The notes under the pieces: generated by a model | Told to the model about the DNA's origin: nothing | The model's input: only the letters and a program-made list of their open reading frames with translations | Databases searched by the model: none | Position numbers and translations under genes: made by a program | In this document: positions 17,791-28,223 of the stretch, piece by piece | How positions within the stretch are numbered: position 1 is the first letter of the stretch | How the letters are laid out: each line of letters begins with the position of its first letter | NCBI GenBank assembly: GCA_029259185.1 | Contig: JAPDJF010000026.1 | Coordinates: 1-43,978 of the forward strand | Direction of reading: 5' to 3' | DNA length: 43,978 nt | Origin: Hadesarchaea archaeon | Lineage (GTDB): Archaea; Hadarchaeota; Hadarchaeia; Hadarchaeales; WYZ-LMO6

Positions 17791-20099
17791 CGCTTCGTTC
17801 TGAATTTTCCCTTTCGCTTGGAGCGACGAGCGTAAGCGAGATAGACGGTTGGGAGGATGATCAAAGCGGCGACAAGGGCATACAAGATGACGAGTGCCAC
17901 GAGTTCACCGAACCTCGTCATCGCCGGCATCCTGGAGAGCGAGAGGATGCCGAAACCTCCCGCCATCGTCACCATCGCTACCAGGATAGCCCTCCCCACG
18001 TGTCGAACCGTATTGACCGCCGCTCGGTCGGGTGCCCATCCACGAATCTTCCAGTCCTCCCTGAACCTAGAAGCCATCTGCACACTGTAGTCTATCCCCA
18101 TCCCTATCATCAGGCAGAAGGAGCCCATCGTGAACACATCCACCGACCACCCAAGGAGCCTGAAGGTTCCGAACTCCCACGCTATCACAAGACACACGGG
18201 TAGGATCGCGATGGCTCCCACCGGAAGGGATCTGAACAGGATCAGGAGGGAAAAGAAGCATAGGACTAGAGCCAGGGCCGTCATCCTCACCATGCTTGGA
18301 CGGATACCTTCGAATATGTCCGTGATGACCGCCGGCTCCCCTCCAACCGCCGGCTCGCCTCCCCACCGCATGGTTATCACGTCGCTCTGGAATTCGGAGA
18401 CATGCGCCCTCACCACATCGGTCGCTCGCTTGAAATCCCGATTGGTCGTGCCGCTCACGTAGAAGACCAAGAGGGTCTCGGTGCCATCTTGGGAGAGCAG
18501 GAGGTTTATGCTCTCGTCCGATTTCCGGACGTTCTCAACGATTTTCAACACCTCCTCCTTCGTTTGGGGAAATTCCCCCATCGTCGCGTACCGGAGAAGA
18601 TCCGCTATGCTCGTCCCCCCCGTGATGACACCCACACCATCCGGATCTGCAAGCACCGCACCCTCCAGCTGGGATATTTCATTGAGGGCTTCGGGCTCGA
18701 AGAAGTCTCCGCTGACGAGGACGAAGAGCAAGGATTGGCCCCCAAACATTTCGTTTATCTCGTGTTTGGTGTCTAGCGATTCGACACCTTTTGGGAGGAA
18801 CAGGTCGAACGACATCGTCGTGCTTACCCCTCTAGCCGCTACCACACACGCGAGCGAGCTCACAACCGTCACCGCGAGCACGACTTTCCAATTGCGTACC
18901 AAGGATCTTCCCGTTCTCACCAGGAGGACGTTGAGTCTTTCTCCACCCAAGTACGTTCTCTGGGGTGTCGATATCCTTCCCCGCTCCCTCCGATGCCTCA
19001 TAGCCACGAGGGAGGGGAGGAACGAAATCGTCAGAAGGAAAGCGAAAGTCACACCCAGCGCCGCGAGTTGCCCGAGCGTGCGATTCGGAGGAAAGTCTGA
19101 TATCGAAAAAGAGAGGAAGCCTATCACCGTGGTTATCAAGCATATCAAAACCGCGGATCCTATCCGATGGACAGAGGTCTCTAGGGACTTCTGGGGGCTC
19201 TTCCCTCCTCTGCGTTCCTCGTAGTATCTGTTGAGGATGTAAATCGAGTAGTCTATGCCCGCAACCATCGTTATCGGAACGAGCGCCACGTGCAGAGCTG
19301 TGAAGTCTATTCCAAGCAAACCCATGGTCCCCATGGTCCACATCGTTGCCAGACCAACGACTGAGAAGCACATCGCCACATCCGAAAACCTCCGGAACGC
19401 GAGGAACAAGATGAAGATGACAAATACCAGAACCGCGGGGATTAACACGCTGTTGTCCCTGTTCATCATCTCATGGATGTCATGCTGGATGGAGTAAGCT
19501 CCCGTGACGCTCAGCTCTAGGTTCTCCGCGGTGCTCTCGAACTCATCAACCTTCGCCCGCACCGACTGCGCCGTGTCCATGAGCTCTGAGGTCGTCAGGA
19601 GAGTGTTGAGGTACACGCGAATCAGGCCCGCTTTCCTGTCCCGGGTTAGAAACATCGCTATTTGCTTCGATGTCATGGGATCCGAGAAGAGGTTATCCAC
19701 GATGCGGGCGGCGGCGGCCTCCAGTAAGGGGTCGGAAAGGTTTTCATAACCGGGAATACATCGAATGTAGTCGACATAGGACTGACATCCCAGCACTCTG
19801 TTTTCGAGTTCTGGGTCGGAGGAGAGGGAATCCTCCAGCTCAAGGATCGAGCGGATCACATCAGCCTTTAACAGATTCTCCGCTTCGACCAACACCGTCT
19901 CATAGGATGTGCCCACGAACTCGTTGCTGATCTCTAAGGAGACCCCGACCGAAGTGTACTCGTCAGGTAGAAATTTTTTGAAATCAGAGGTCTGGGAGAT
20001 CCTCGTCACTCCATACCCCATGACACACGAGACGAGGAGGATGGTAAGGAGGATGAGCTTGTACCTCTCCTCACACAACCTAGCGATGTCCCTCAGCAT
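17787..20099 (-). CDS. RND/MMPL-family membrane transporter
   Basis: Two repeats of TM + large extracellular loop + 5 TM, with GIDYSI and GIDYSV motifs. Confidence 0.88.
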   Translation of the reverse strand: MLRDIARLCEERYKLILLTILLVSCVMGYGVTRISQTSDFKKFLPDEYTSVGVSLEISNEFVGTSYETVLVEAENLLKADVIRSILELEDSLSSDPELENRVLGCQSYVDYIRCIPGYENLSDPLLEAAAARIVDNLFSDPMTSKQIAMFLTRDRKAGLIRVYLNTLLTTSELMDTAQSVRAKVDEFESTAENLELSVTGAYSIQHDIHEMMNRDNSVLIPAVLVFVIFILFLAFRRFSDVAMCFSVVGLATMWTMGTMGLLGIDFTALHVALVPITMVAGIDYSIYILNRYYEERRGGKSPQKSLETSVHRIGSAVLICLITTVIGFLSFSISDFPPNRTLGQLAALGVTFAFLLTISFLPSLVAMRHRRERGRISTPQRTYLGGERLNVLLVRTGRSLVRNWKVVLAVTVVSSLACVVAARGVSTTMSFDLFLPKGVESLDTKHEINEMFGGQSLLFVLVSGDFFEPEALNEISQLEGAVLADPDGVGVITGGTSIADLLRYATMGEFPQTKEEVLKIVENVRKSDESINLLLSQDGTETLLVFYVSGTTNRDFKRATDVVRAHVSEFQSDVITMRWGGEPAVGGEPAVITDIFEGIRPSMVRMTALALVLCFFSLLILFRSLPVGAIAILPVCLVIAWEFGTFRLLGWSVDVFTMGSFCLMIGMGIDYSVQMASRFREDWKIRGWAPDRAAVNTVRHVGRAILVAMVTMAGGFGILSLSRMPAMTRFGELVALVILYALVAALIILPTVYLAYARRSKRKGKFRTKR

Positions 20100-20318
20100 C
20101 TAGGGATTCTTCCCGCCCGATATAAAATGCTCTCGGATGGACGAGTTTGGTGCCTCCCCCAGATCTCACCCTCGCCCCCAAGAGAATAAAAAGCATGCCC
20201 GAGGACGTTGAATCGAGATGAGGACTGGAGAAACGAGTGAGCGCTTGGCATCTCCTCACGCGCCTCCGAATTTCTGGAAGGGTGCCTCCCGAGTGGATCC
20301 GAACCGAACGGTGAGAAG

Positions 20319-22220
20319 ATGAGAAAGGAAGCATACGAAGAGCTGAAACCGATGGTAGGTTTGGAGATCCATCAGCAGCTCGACACTAAACACAAACTGT
20401 TTTGTAACTGCCCTACGACCATGAGGGAGAAAACACCACTGACCACGATCGAACGCCGCCTGCGACCAGTACAGAGCGAGTTGGGAGAGACGGATGTCGC
20501 CGCACAGTTCGAGTACCTACGCAACAGGTCCTTTTGCTACCAAGTGTTTTCGGGTGAGAGTTGCCTCGTGGAAACCGACTGTGAACCACCCCACGAATTA
20601 AACCCTGAGGCCCTGGAGATCGCTTTGCAGATAGCACTATTACTGAACTGCAGAATACCTGACGAGATCCACACCATGCGGAAGATCGTCATCGACGGGA
20701 GCAACACGAGTGGATTTCAACGCACCTGCATAGTCGGTTTGGGCGGCTTCCTCGAATATAAGGGAAGGAGGATCGAAATTTCCACTATCGCTTTGGAGGA
20801 GGACGCGGCCGCGATCGTCTCCGAGGAAAGGGGGAAGGTGACCTATAGGCTGAACCGGCTTGGGGTTCCACTGGTCGAGATCGGAACCGGACCTATAGTG
20901 GGGCACACACCCCAAGAAATTCAAGAAATAGCATATTCGATCGGGATGATCTGCCGTGCGACCGATAAGGTCAAGCGCGAGATCGGGGCCATCCGACAGG
21001 ATGTCAACATCTCGGTGAGAGGGGGAGCCAGGGTCGAGATCAAAGGGGTTCAGGAACTCGGGCTCATCTCAAAAGTCGTCGAACGCGAGGTTCAGAGACA
21101 ACTCGCCCTCATCGAAATCAAGAAGGAACTCGCCCGACGTGGGGCGGGAAGGGTCGAAAAAGAATTCGTGGATGTCACGGAAGCTTTCTCTGGTACGGGG
21201 TCGCAGATTGTGAGCAAGGGGCTCGCGAAAGGGAAGAGGGTGCTGGCGGTCAATCTACCTAAGTTCGCCGGGCTCGTAGGCAGGGAATTACAACCGGGGA
21301 GGAGGCTCGGAACCGAACTCGCGGACTGGGCGAAGTTGTACGGAAAGGTTGGAGGAATACTCCACACGGACGAGCTACCGGCGTACGGGATCTCCCGAGA
21401 GGAGGTGGAGAGGATAAGGAGGGCCACGGGTGCGAGCGAGGACGATGCAGTTGTGATCGTGGTCGATACGAGGGAGAAAGCCCGAACCGCCCTAGCTGCA
21501 GTTGTCGATAGGGCAAACCAAGCGATCGAAGGCGTCCCGGAGGAGACGAGGAGGGCCCTCCCCGACGGGAATACCGAATTCATGCGCCCCTTACCCGGAG
21601 CGGGACGGATGTACCCGGAGACCGACATCCCACCGATCCCCATCCGGGAAGACAGGCTGAAAACTCTGAGAGAGAGCCTCCCCGAACTCCCGGAACGGAA
21701 GAAGGAAAGGTTCATGAAAGAATATGGCCTAGGCGAGGAGATGGCCGGGCGTCTCAGCCTCTCCGAGAAAGCGGGGCTCTTCGAAAGGCTCGCGAGGGGA
21801 TCCGGTGCGAGTCCAAAGCTCATAGCCACCACCTTGGAAGAGACGATGGTGAGTCTGAGGAGGGAGGGGATCGAGGTTGAGAGGGTTCCAGAGTCCTTCT
21901 TGCTGGACATGTTCAATCTTATATCGAACGGAAAGCTGGCCAAGGAAGCTATACCGGAGGTGCTCGCGGAGGGATCGAAGGGGAAAGATATTCAAGAGGT
22001 TCTCAAGAAACTTGGGCTTCGGGCTCCGGGTGAAGAGGAACTTAAAAGGTTCGTCCGAGAAGTTACGTTGGCCAACCGGAAGCTGATAGAGGAAAGAGGT
22101 GAGGCAGCCATGAAACCCCTGATGGGAATCCTGATGAAACACTTGCGTGGGAAAGTCGATGGAAAAGTCGTGAACGAAGCTCTAACCCACGAAATCCGAA
22201 AAATGCTGAGGAAGGAGTGA
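20319..22220 (+). CDS. gatE: Glu-tRNA(Gln) amidotransferase subunit E
   Basis: GLEIHQQL..KLFC.C, MRKIVIDGSNTSGFQRT, RQDVNIS, GAD insertion domain and RMYPETD. Confidence 0.96.
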   Translation: MRKEAYEELKPMVGLEIHQQLDTKHKLFCNCPTTMREKTPLTTIERRLRPVQSELGETDVAAQFEYLRNRSFCYQVFSGESCLVETDCEPPHELNPEALEIALQIALLLNCRIPDEIHTMRKIVIDGSNTSGFQRTCIVGLGGFLEYKGRRIEISTIALEEDAAAIVSEERGKVTYRLNRLGVPLVEIGTGPIVGHTPQEIQEIAYSIGMICRATDKVKREIGAIRQDVNISVRGGARVEIKGVQELGLISKVVEREVQRQLALIEIKKELARRGAGRVEKEFVDVTEAFSGTGSQIVSKGLAKGKRVLAVNLPKFAGLVGRELQPGRRLGTELADWAKLYGKVGGILHTDELPAYGISREEVERIRRATGASEDDAVVIVVDTREKARTALAAVVDRANQAIEGVPEETRRALPDGNTEFMRPLPGAGRMYPETDIPPIPIREDRLKTLRESLPELPERKKERFMKEYGLGEEMAGRLSLSEKAGLFERLARGSGASPKLIATTLEETMVSLRREGIEVERVPESFLLDMFNLISNGKLAKEAIPEVLAEGSKGKDIQEVLKKLGLRAPGEEELKRFVREVTLANRKLIEERGEAAMKPLMGILMKHLRGKVDGKVVNEALTHEIRKMLRKE

Positions 22221-22334
22221 ATGTGCAGAGCGATGGGGGTCCATCACCTCCGGTGGAGACGGCGGATCCCAAGATGGCCCCCTTTATAAGAGGGTACCCA
22301 GAGGTGGTGAGAACTAGAGGACGGGGGACTTGAG

Positions 22335-25300
22335 TTGTGTGGAATCGTCGGCTACATCGGTAAACGCAAAGCAGCGCCCCTCTTATTCGATGCACTGAGG
22401 CGTTTGGAATATCGGGGGTACGATTCCATCGGGGAAGCGACCATCTGGAAGGGAAAACTATACGTGAAAAAGGATCGGGGAAAAATCGAGGATGTCCATC
22501 GCAAACTAAAACTCGACGATTTGCCAGGCAATGTGGGGATAGGGCACTGTCTACATCCCGAGACCATAGTCCAACTGGGCGATGGCAGGATCACGCGTAT
22601 TTCCGAGATAGATCGAAAATGCCATGTCTGGGCATACCGTATTCACGAGAGAAAATTCGTGCGTGCGAGGGCTCTGTGCTTCAGACACCCCGCCCCCCCT
22701 TACCTCCACAGGATAAAGACTCAGTTCACCGAAATCGTCTGCACAGGGAATCACCGTCTGCTCGTGGCGGGGGCGAACGGGAAGATAGTCGAAAAGAGGG
22801 TAAGGGATATCGAAAGAGGTGACTTGCTCCTCTGCGCTGGGAGGATTTCGATCGGGGGGAGGTCGAAGGAGCTTAGAGACGCGCAGGATAAGCAGTACAT
22901 CGCCCTCACGGCTGAGGGTGCGACGAAGGTGTCTTTCCCACGCAAAACGGGGAAAAAACTCATGCAGCTCGTGGGCTACATGCTTGGAAGTGGACACCTC
23001 GGGAAGCGAACCGTGAGAATCGAGGACATGGACAGGTCCCTCTTGGAGAGATACAACGAACTCTTCCGAGATCTCTTTGGGATCTCCGGGCGGATCGTGA
23101 GATCGAAACGAAAGGATGCGTACTCTCTGGAAATAAACGACGAACGCTTGTGCGAGTGGTTCACGGAAAACTTTCCGGAGTTACGGCGGGGGGAATTCCC
23201 AACTTGGATCGGTGGGCTTCCCGAACCCCAAGTACTCGCATTCGTCGGTGGCTTCTTTGATGCGAAGGGGATCATCGACTCCGATGGCGGACAGCTCCTC
23301 CTCAGGGGGAGCCGAAAGAACGTGAGGATGATCCAAACCCTCTTACTCAGAGCTGGCATCCTCTCATCCTGCACCCGATTCATGCCCAATGACTCGAATT
23401 GGAATGATCCCCACCCCCTGACGATTTCGAACCGCGACCAAGTGAAAAGATTTCTCGAGAGAATACCCATCCTCTCAAGTGTTAAATCGGCAGAAGCGAG
23501 AGATGCCATGCGCAAACTCTTAAAGGGTTCTCCTCGCACCGATTTCGAATTGCTGATTTCAAAGGAAAACACTCGCAAATCCCTCAGCCATCCCTCGAAA
23601 GGCTGGAGGCTTGCCACAATGCGTTCCATCCATCGAACTCAGAGAGACGGAGGGTCAAAAAAAACACCTGAGTTTTCGGGCGCACCAGTCGTGTTTCAGA
23701 AGGTCGTTTCAAACGAGAAGATCAAGAGCGATGTGAAATATGTGTACGACTTAGAGGTTCCGGGACTCGAAAATTTCGTGGCGAACTGCATCGTTTCCCA
23801 CAACTCACGCTGGGCAACCCATGGGCGTCCATCGAAGGTCAACGCCCATCCACACCTCGACACCTTCGGAAAGGTTGCCGTCGTGCACAATGGAATCTTG
23901 GAGAATTACCTAGAACTCAAAAACTTCCTCCGAAAAAAGGGATACCGTTTTTCCTCTCAGACCGACACGGAGGTGATCCCGAACCTTATCTCCTATTTCA
24001 TGCGAAAGGGAAACAGTTTGGAAAAAAGCACCGAAGAAGCTACGAAGCATCTCATTGGAAGCTTTGCCATCGCTGTGATCTGCACCGGGGAACCAAAAAA
24101 ACTCGTTGGAGTCAGGAGGGAAAGCCCACTCATCGTTGGGGTGGGGGATGGAGAAATGCTCTTGGCCTCGGACGTTCCAGCCCTGCTACCCTTCACTAGA
24201 CGTGTTATGCCTCTCCAGAACGACGAGATGGTGGTGCTGACGGAGTCATCGGTGGTCGTGAGGCGCTTGTCCGATGGAGAAGTGGTGAAGAGACCACCTA
24301 TTACCGTGACATGGACCGCCGAGATGGCGGAGAAAATGGGATACCCGCACTTTACCCTCAAAGAGATATTCCAACAACCCGAAGCCATACGGGAGACCCT
24401 GAGGGCCGCCCCCGGAGAACTGGAGAAGCTCTCGAACCTCTTCGTGAGATCGGATAGGGTGTATGTGGTCGGGTGTGGGACTTCCTATCACGCAGCACTC
24501 GTGGGGAAGTATATCCTCGCCCGGCTAGCAGACTTCTCCGTCGAAGCGGTGATAGCTTCAGAATTTCAGGAGAGCTGCAGGGTTGATCGTAGGAGCGCGG
24601 TGCTAGCGATAACTCAATCGGGGGAAACGGCTGACGTGCTCAAAGCCGTGAAACTCGCCAAGGCAGTGGGTGCCAGAGTGGCATGCCTCACCAACGTGGT
24701 GGGAAGTTCCATAACACGAGAGAGTGATTTGGTCTGCCACACCCACGCTGGGCCGGAGGTGAGCGTCGTGGCGACCAAAACTTTCGCTTCTCAAGTCGCA
24801 TATCTCTCCCTCTTCTCGATCCGGATGGGGGAGAAGACCGGGACGCTGAGGAGATCGGAAGCAAGCGAACTGTGGTCCGAGCTCCTTCGAATCCACGAGG
24901 CTGTAGAGGAGGCGGTTCGCGATTCGGTGGGCAAAACTAGGAGGATAGCGAGGAGATACTTGGATGCTGAGCATTTCTATCTCATAGGGAGGGGGATAGG
25001 CTACCCAATCGTGATGGAGGGTGCCCTGAAAATAAAGGAGATATCCTACATTCACTCCGAGGCGCTGGCGGCTGGAGAACTCAAACATGGCACCCTCGCT
25101 CTCATCGAGAAGGGAACTCCGGTAATAGCGGTGGCTCCCAACGGCGGCGCCAAAGCTAGGTTGATCAGCAATATCGAGGAGATCAAGGCAAGGGGGGCGA
25201 CTATCATAGCCGTGGCCGAGGAAGGCGACCCTGAAGTGGCTAAGCACGCGAACGTAGTGATCCCGGTTCCGAAGGTGAAAGAATTGTTCAGCCCCCTCGT

Positions 25301-25403
25301 CTTTGTCCCCCCACTTCAACTCCTTGCATACCACCTCTCTGTCGGGAGGAACCAAGATCCAGACAGACCTAGGTCGTTGGCAAAATCCGTCACCGTCGAG
25401 TAA
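22335..25403 (+). CDS. glmS: Glutamine-fructose-6-phosphate transaminase, intein-containing
   Basis: MCGIVG, LEYRGYDS, GIGH|intein|SRWATHG, two SIS domains and C-terminal PRSLAKSVTVE. Confidence 0.96.
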   Translation: MCGIVGYIGKRKAAPLLFDALRRLEYRGYDSIGEATIWKGKLYVKKDRGKIEDVHRKLKLDDLPGNVGIGHCLHPETIVQLGDGRITRISEIDRKCHVWAYRIHERKFVRARALCFRHPAPPYLHRIKTQFTEIVCTGNHRLLVAGANGKIVEKRVRDIERGDLLLCAGRISIGGRSKELRDAQDKQYIALTAEGATKVSFPRKTGKKLMQLVGYMLGSGHLGKRTVRIEDMDRSLLERYNELFRDLFGISGRIVRSKRKDAYSLEINDERLCEWFTENFPELRRGEFPTWIGGLPEPQVLAFVGGFFDAKGIIDSDGGQLLLRGSRKNVRMIQTLLLRAGILSSCTRFMPNDSNWNDPHPLTISNRDQVKRFLERIPILSSVKSAEARDAMRKLLKGSPRTDFELLISKENTRKSLSHPSKGWRLATMRSIHRTQRDGGSKKTPEFSGAPVVFQKVVSNEKIKSDVKYVYDLEVPGLENFVANCIVSHNSRWATHGRPSKVNAHPHLDTFGKVAVVHNGILENYLELKNFLRKKGYRFSSQTDTEVIPNLISYFMRKGNSLEKSTEEATKHLIGSFAIAVICTGEPKKLVGVRRESPLIVGVGDGEMLLASDVPALLPFTRRVMPLQNDEMVVLTESSVVVRRLSDGEVVKRPPITVTWTAEMAEKMGYPHFTLKEIFQQPEAIRETLRAAPGELEKLSNLFVRSDRVYVVGCGTSYHAALVGKYILARLADFSVEAVIASEFQESCRVDRRSAVLAITQSGETADVLKAVKLAKAVGARVACLTNVVGSSITRESDLVCHTHAGPEVSVVATKTFASQVAYLSLFSIRMGEKTGTLRRSEASELWSELLRIHEAVEEAVRDSVGKTRRIARRYLDAEHFYLIGRGIGYPIVMEGALKIKEISYIHSEALAAGELKHGTLALIEKGTPVIAVAPNGGAKARLISNIEEIKARGATIIAVAEEGDPEVAKHANVVIPVPKVKELFSPLVFVPPLQLLAYHLSVGRNQDPDRPRSLAKSVTVE
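22548..23804 (+). mobile_element. Intein (419 aa) in GlmS with degenerate LAGLIDADG endonuclease
   Basis: Starts CLHPET, block B TGNHRLL, ends VYDLEVPGLENFVANCIVSHN followed by Ser(+1). Endonuclease-like blocks are LVGYMLGSG and FVGGFFDAKG. Confidence 0.92.
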
Positions 25404-25450
25404 ACCCGACAGAAATCGTTATTTGAAACGAGCCCATTAAACTCATAACG

Positions 25451-26458
25451 ATGAGGGCCCTCATCCTTGCGGGTGGGTTCGCCACGAGGCTCGGTCCGAT
25501 CGGGGAAGCCATGCCCAAGGCCATGATAACGGTGGAGGGGGACACGGTTCTCGGCCACATCCTCCGAAAGCTCGAAAAGTTAGGCGTGGAACCCCTGATA
25601 ACGACGAACAAACGATTCGAGCCGTTTTTTCGAGGATACCCGAACGTCTTGATAGAGGAGGCCACCAGAGAAGAGGAAAAACTCGGAGCGGTTAGTGCCA
25701 TTGCGAACGCCATCGAGAGGGCTGGAATAGAGGACGACTTGCTCGTGATATGCGTGGATAACTACTTCTCCTCAGACCTCAAGGGTTTCATCTCAAGCTA
25801 CACCGGAGAACCGCTCGTGGGAATCTACTATGTTGGAGAACATCCAGACATGCGGGCAGAGGAGATGGCCACCGTAAAATTCGAGGGAAGCGAGAGGTAC
25901 CCCCCACCCAGCAGGAGCTTTTACATCCAAGACTTCAGAGAGAAGGTCAAGCCCCCCATAAGCCAGTACGTCAGCACAGGAATATACGTGCTGCCTAAGC
26001 GCGTCTTTCCGATCCTCCGAAGCTATTGTGCGGCGAAGAAGCAAGATGCCCCTGGGTTCTTCATCCAACACCTGCTCCAGCTCGGAGAGAGGATGAAAGG
26101 ATATCTCCTAGAGGGCGAGTGGTATGATGTGTCCCACAAGAGTTACCTCCAGACCTTCAGAGAGGCCAAACTCGTGAAGAACGATAGAGACGCCATCCGT
26201 TGTGAGAGGGATTTGGGAGGAGCCCTGCTCCTCTCCCTGACCATCCTCCACGCGGGATGTGTCCACGTGATCCAAGGGGGGGATAGGGTCTGTTTCTTCG
26301 TGGACGGTGAGGGGGAAATGAAGGTCGGTGAAAAAATCCGCCGAGTAAGGGGGAAGGATGTGATAGAGATCGAGTCCGGAACCAGAGCTGAGATAAGGAA
26401 CGCTTCGGGTAGGGATCTCATCTTCGTGTCCGTGGGTACTAAGGGCAAGACACCCTGA
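25451..26458 (+). CDS. Sugar-phosphate nucleotidyltransferase with C-terminal cupin domain
   Basis: [10 protein letters not shown]...PKA, EK and WYDV motifs; C-terminal [12 protein letters not shown]...DVIEI...IRN cupin strands. Confidence 0.82.
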   Translation: MRALILAGGFATRLGPIGEAMPKAMITVEGDTVLGHILRKLEKLGVEPLITTNKRFEPFFRGYPNVLIEEATREEEKLGAVSAIANAIERAGIEDDLLVICVDNYFSSDLKGFISSYTGEPLVGIYYVGEHPDMRAEEMATVKFEGSERYPPPSRSFYIQDFREKVKPPISQYVSTGIYVLPKRVFPILRSYCAAKKQDAPGFFIQHLLQLGERMKGYLLEGEWYDVSHKSYLQTFREAKLVKNDRDAIRCERDLGGALLLSLTILHAGCVHVIQGGDRVCFFVDGEGEMKVGEKIRRVRGKDVIEIESGTRAEIRNASGRDLIFVSVGTKGKTP

Positions 26459-26487
26459 GTCCTGGTCACCAAAACCTAACATATCTC

Positions 26488-26563
26488 CACTCCTTGATCG
26501 ATGTACTTCCGCAGGGTATGGGAGTGTAATCCCGCGTGCTCGGCGCAACTGTTGCCCACCTCC
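26488..26563 (-). mobile_element. Small internally deleted remnant of the IS607 element at the window start
   Basis: 26488-26545 matches 322-379 (about 5 substitutions) and is joined directly to gcaactgttgcccacctcc, which matches about 436-454. Confidence 0.85.
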
Positions 26564-26615
26564 TCCATTCTCCTCTGACCCCGACCAAATTTATTTTAAA
26601 GAGGAAAAGCGTGAA

Positions 26616-27647
26616 GTGGCAATTGGTGATCATTTACCCTGTGTGCTCGTGTGCGGCGGCCAGTGGGGCGATGAGGGAAAGGGCAAGGTGGTCGCTTACC
26701 TTGCCCTAAAGTACAAGCCCAAGATCGTGGCCAGAGCTGGAGTCGGACCGAACGCCGGACATACGGTCTACTTCAAGGGGAAAAAATTCGGGCTGAGACA
26801 AGTGCCGTGTGGATTCGTATACGGGGGTTCGAGGATCCTCATAGGACCCGGGGTGCTCGTGAACCCCGAAGTCTTGCTCAAGGAAGTGGAGGAAACGGGG
26901 ATAGGAGACAGGCTCGGTGTAGACCGTAAGTGCGCCCTCATAGAACCCGTCCACATCGAAAAGGATCGAAGCTCCGAACATCTAAAGGAGAAGATAGGCA
27001 CCACCGGAACGGGATGTGGGCCCGCGAACGTGGACAGGGTGGGGAGGAGGGCGAAGCTGGCCGAGAGTTCACCCGAACTCCAGCCATTCCTCACCGATGT
27101 CCCATCTGAGATCAACGAGGCACTCAACGAGAGAGCTCTGGTTCTAGTAGAGGGGAGCCAGGGCTTTGGCCTTTCTCTGATTCACGGCACTTATCCCTAC
27201 GTCACGAGCAAGGACACGACCGCTGGAACTATGCTCGCGGATGTGGGGGTGGGACCGACCAAAGTTTCGGAGGTGATCCTGGTGTTCAAAGCGTACGTGA
27301 GCAGGGTGGGTGCGGGAACTTTCCCCACCGAGATCTCCCAGGAGGAAGCCGAAAAGCTCGGCATAGTCGAGTATGGCACGGTAACGGGGAGGAGGCGACG
27401 CATAGGTCGCTTCGACTTCGAACTCGCGAAGAGGGCGGCCATGATCAACGGTGCCACCCAGCTAGCCATAACGTGTATCGACAGGTTATTTAAGGGCTGT
27501 GAAGGTGCTAGGAGGTTTACGGAACTCACGGGAGATGCCAGAAAGTTCATCGAACGCGTGGAGGAGGAAACCGGAGTACCCGTGACCCTCGTATCCACCG
27601 GGGAGGGGATAGAGGACATCATCGACCTGTCCCGGGGTAAATTGTGA
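26616..27647 (+). CDS. purA: Adenylosuccinate synthetase (short archaeal type)
   Basis: [38 protein letters not shown] and [10 protein letters not shown]. Confidence 0.96.
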   Translation: MAIGDHLPCVLVCGGQWGDEGKGKVVAYLALKYKPKIVARAGVGPNAGHTVYFKGKKFGLRQVPCGFVYGGSRILIGPGVLVNPEVLLKEVEETGIGDRLGVDRKCALIEPVHIEKDRSSEHLKEKIGTTGTGCGPANVDRVGRRAKLAESSPELQPFLTDVPSEINEALNERALVLVEGSQGFGLSLIHGTYPYVTSKDTTAGTMLADVGVGPTKVSEVILVFKAYVSRVGAGTFPTEISQEEAEKLGIVEYGTVTGRRRRIGRFDFELAKRAAMINGATQLAITCIDRLFKGCEGARRFTELTGDARKFIERVEEETGVPVTLVSTGEGIEDIIDLSRGKL

Positions 27648-28189
27648 TGAAAAAGAGATTGGTTATAGCCGTGACAGGTACCCCAGGTACAGGCAAATCA
27701 TCGTTTGCGGGGGGGCTCGCCCGGAGGTTGAACGCGAAACTCGTGAGGCTGAACGAACTCATAGAGGATGAGGGAGCGTATAGGCTCGACTCGGACGGTA
27801 GTAGGCTCGTCAACCTGCGAGAAATGAGGAGGGGATTTTCAAAGGTTCTCAGAAGGACGGAGGGACCGATCGTGGTGGAGGGTCATCTCTCCCACTTCCT
27901 CCCGCCGAACTCGCTCTCCCACGTGGTGGTCCTGAGAACCCATCCAAGAATCTTGGAGGAACGTCTGAGGAAAAGGAGATACCCGGAGAAGAAGGTGAGA
28001 GACAACGTGGAGGCTGAAGCCATAGACCTCATCCTCTGGGAAGCCGTGAAATTTCACGGAATGGAAAGGGTCTTCGAAATAGATACCACCGAAGGGGGAG
28101 ACACGATTGAACTCTTCTTGGACGCCCTCAAGGGTAAAACCGAGCTCAGGCCGGGGAGGATCCGGTGGCTGGAGGAGTACTTTCGATAG
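27644..28189 (+). CDS. Adenylate kinase of the AK6/Fap7 family
   Basis: [21 protein letters not shown]...KV.DN.EAE and EIDTT. Confidence 0.88.
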   Translation: MMKKRLVIAVTGTPGTGKSSFAGGLARRLNAKLVRLNELIEDEGAYRLDSDGSRLVNLREMRRGFSKVLRRTEGPIVVEGHLSHFLPPNSLSHVVVLRTHPRILEERLRKRRYPEKKVRDNVEAEAIDLILWEAVKFHGMERVFEIDTTEGGDTIELFLDALKGKTELRPGRIRWLEEYFR

Positions 28190-28223
28190 GAGTTATAAGA
28201 AGGGACCAACTACCTTTCTTGAG

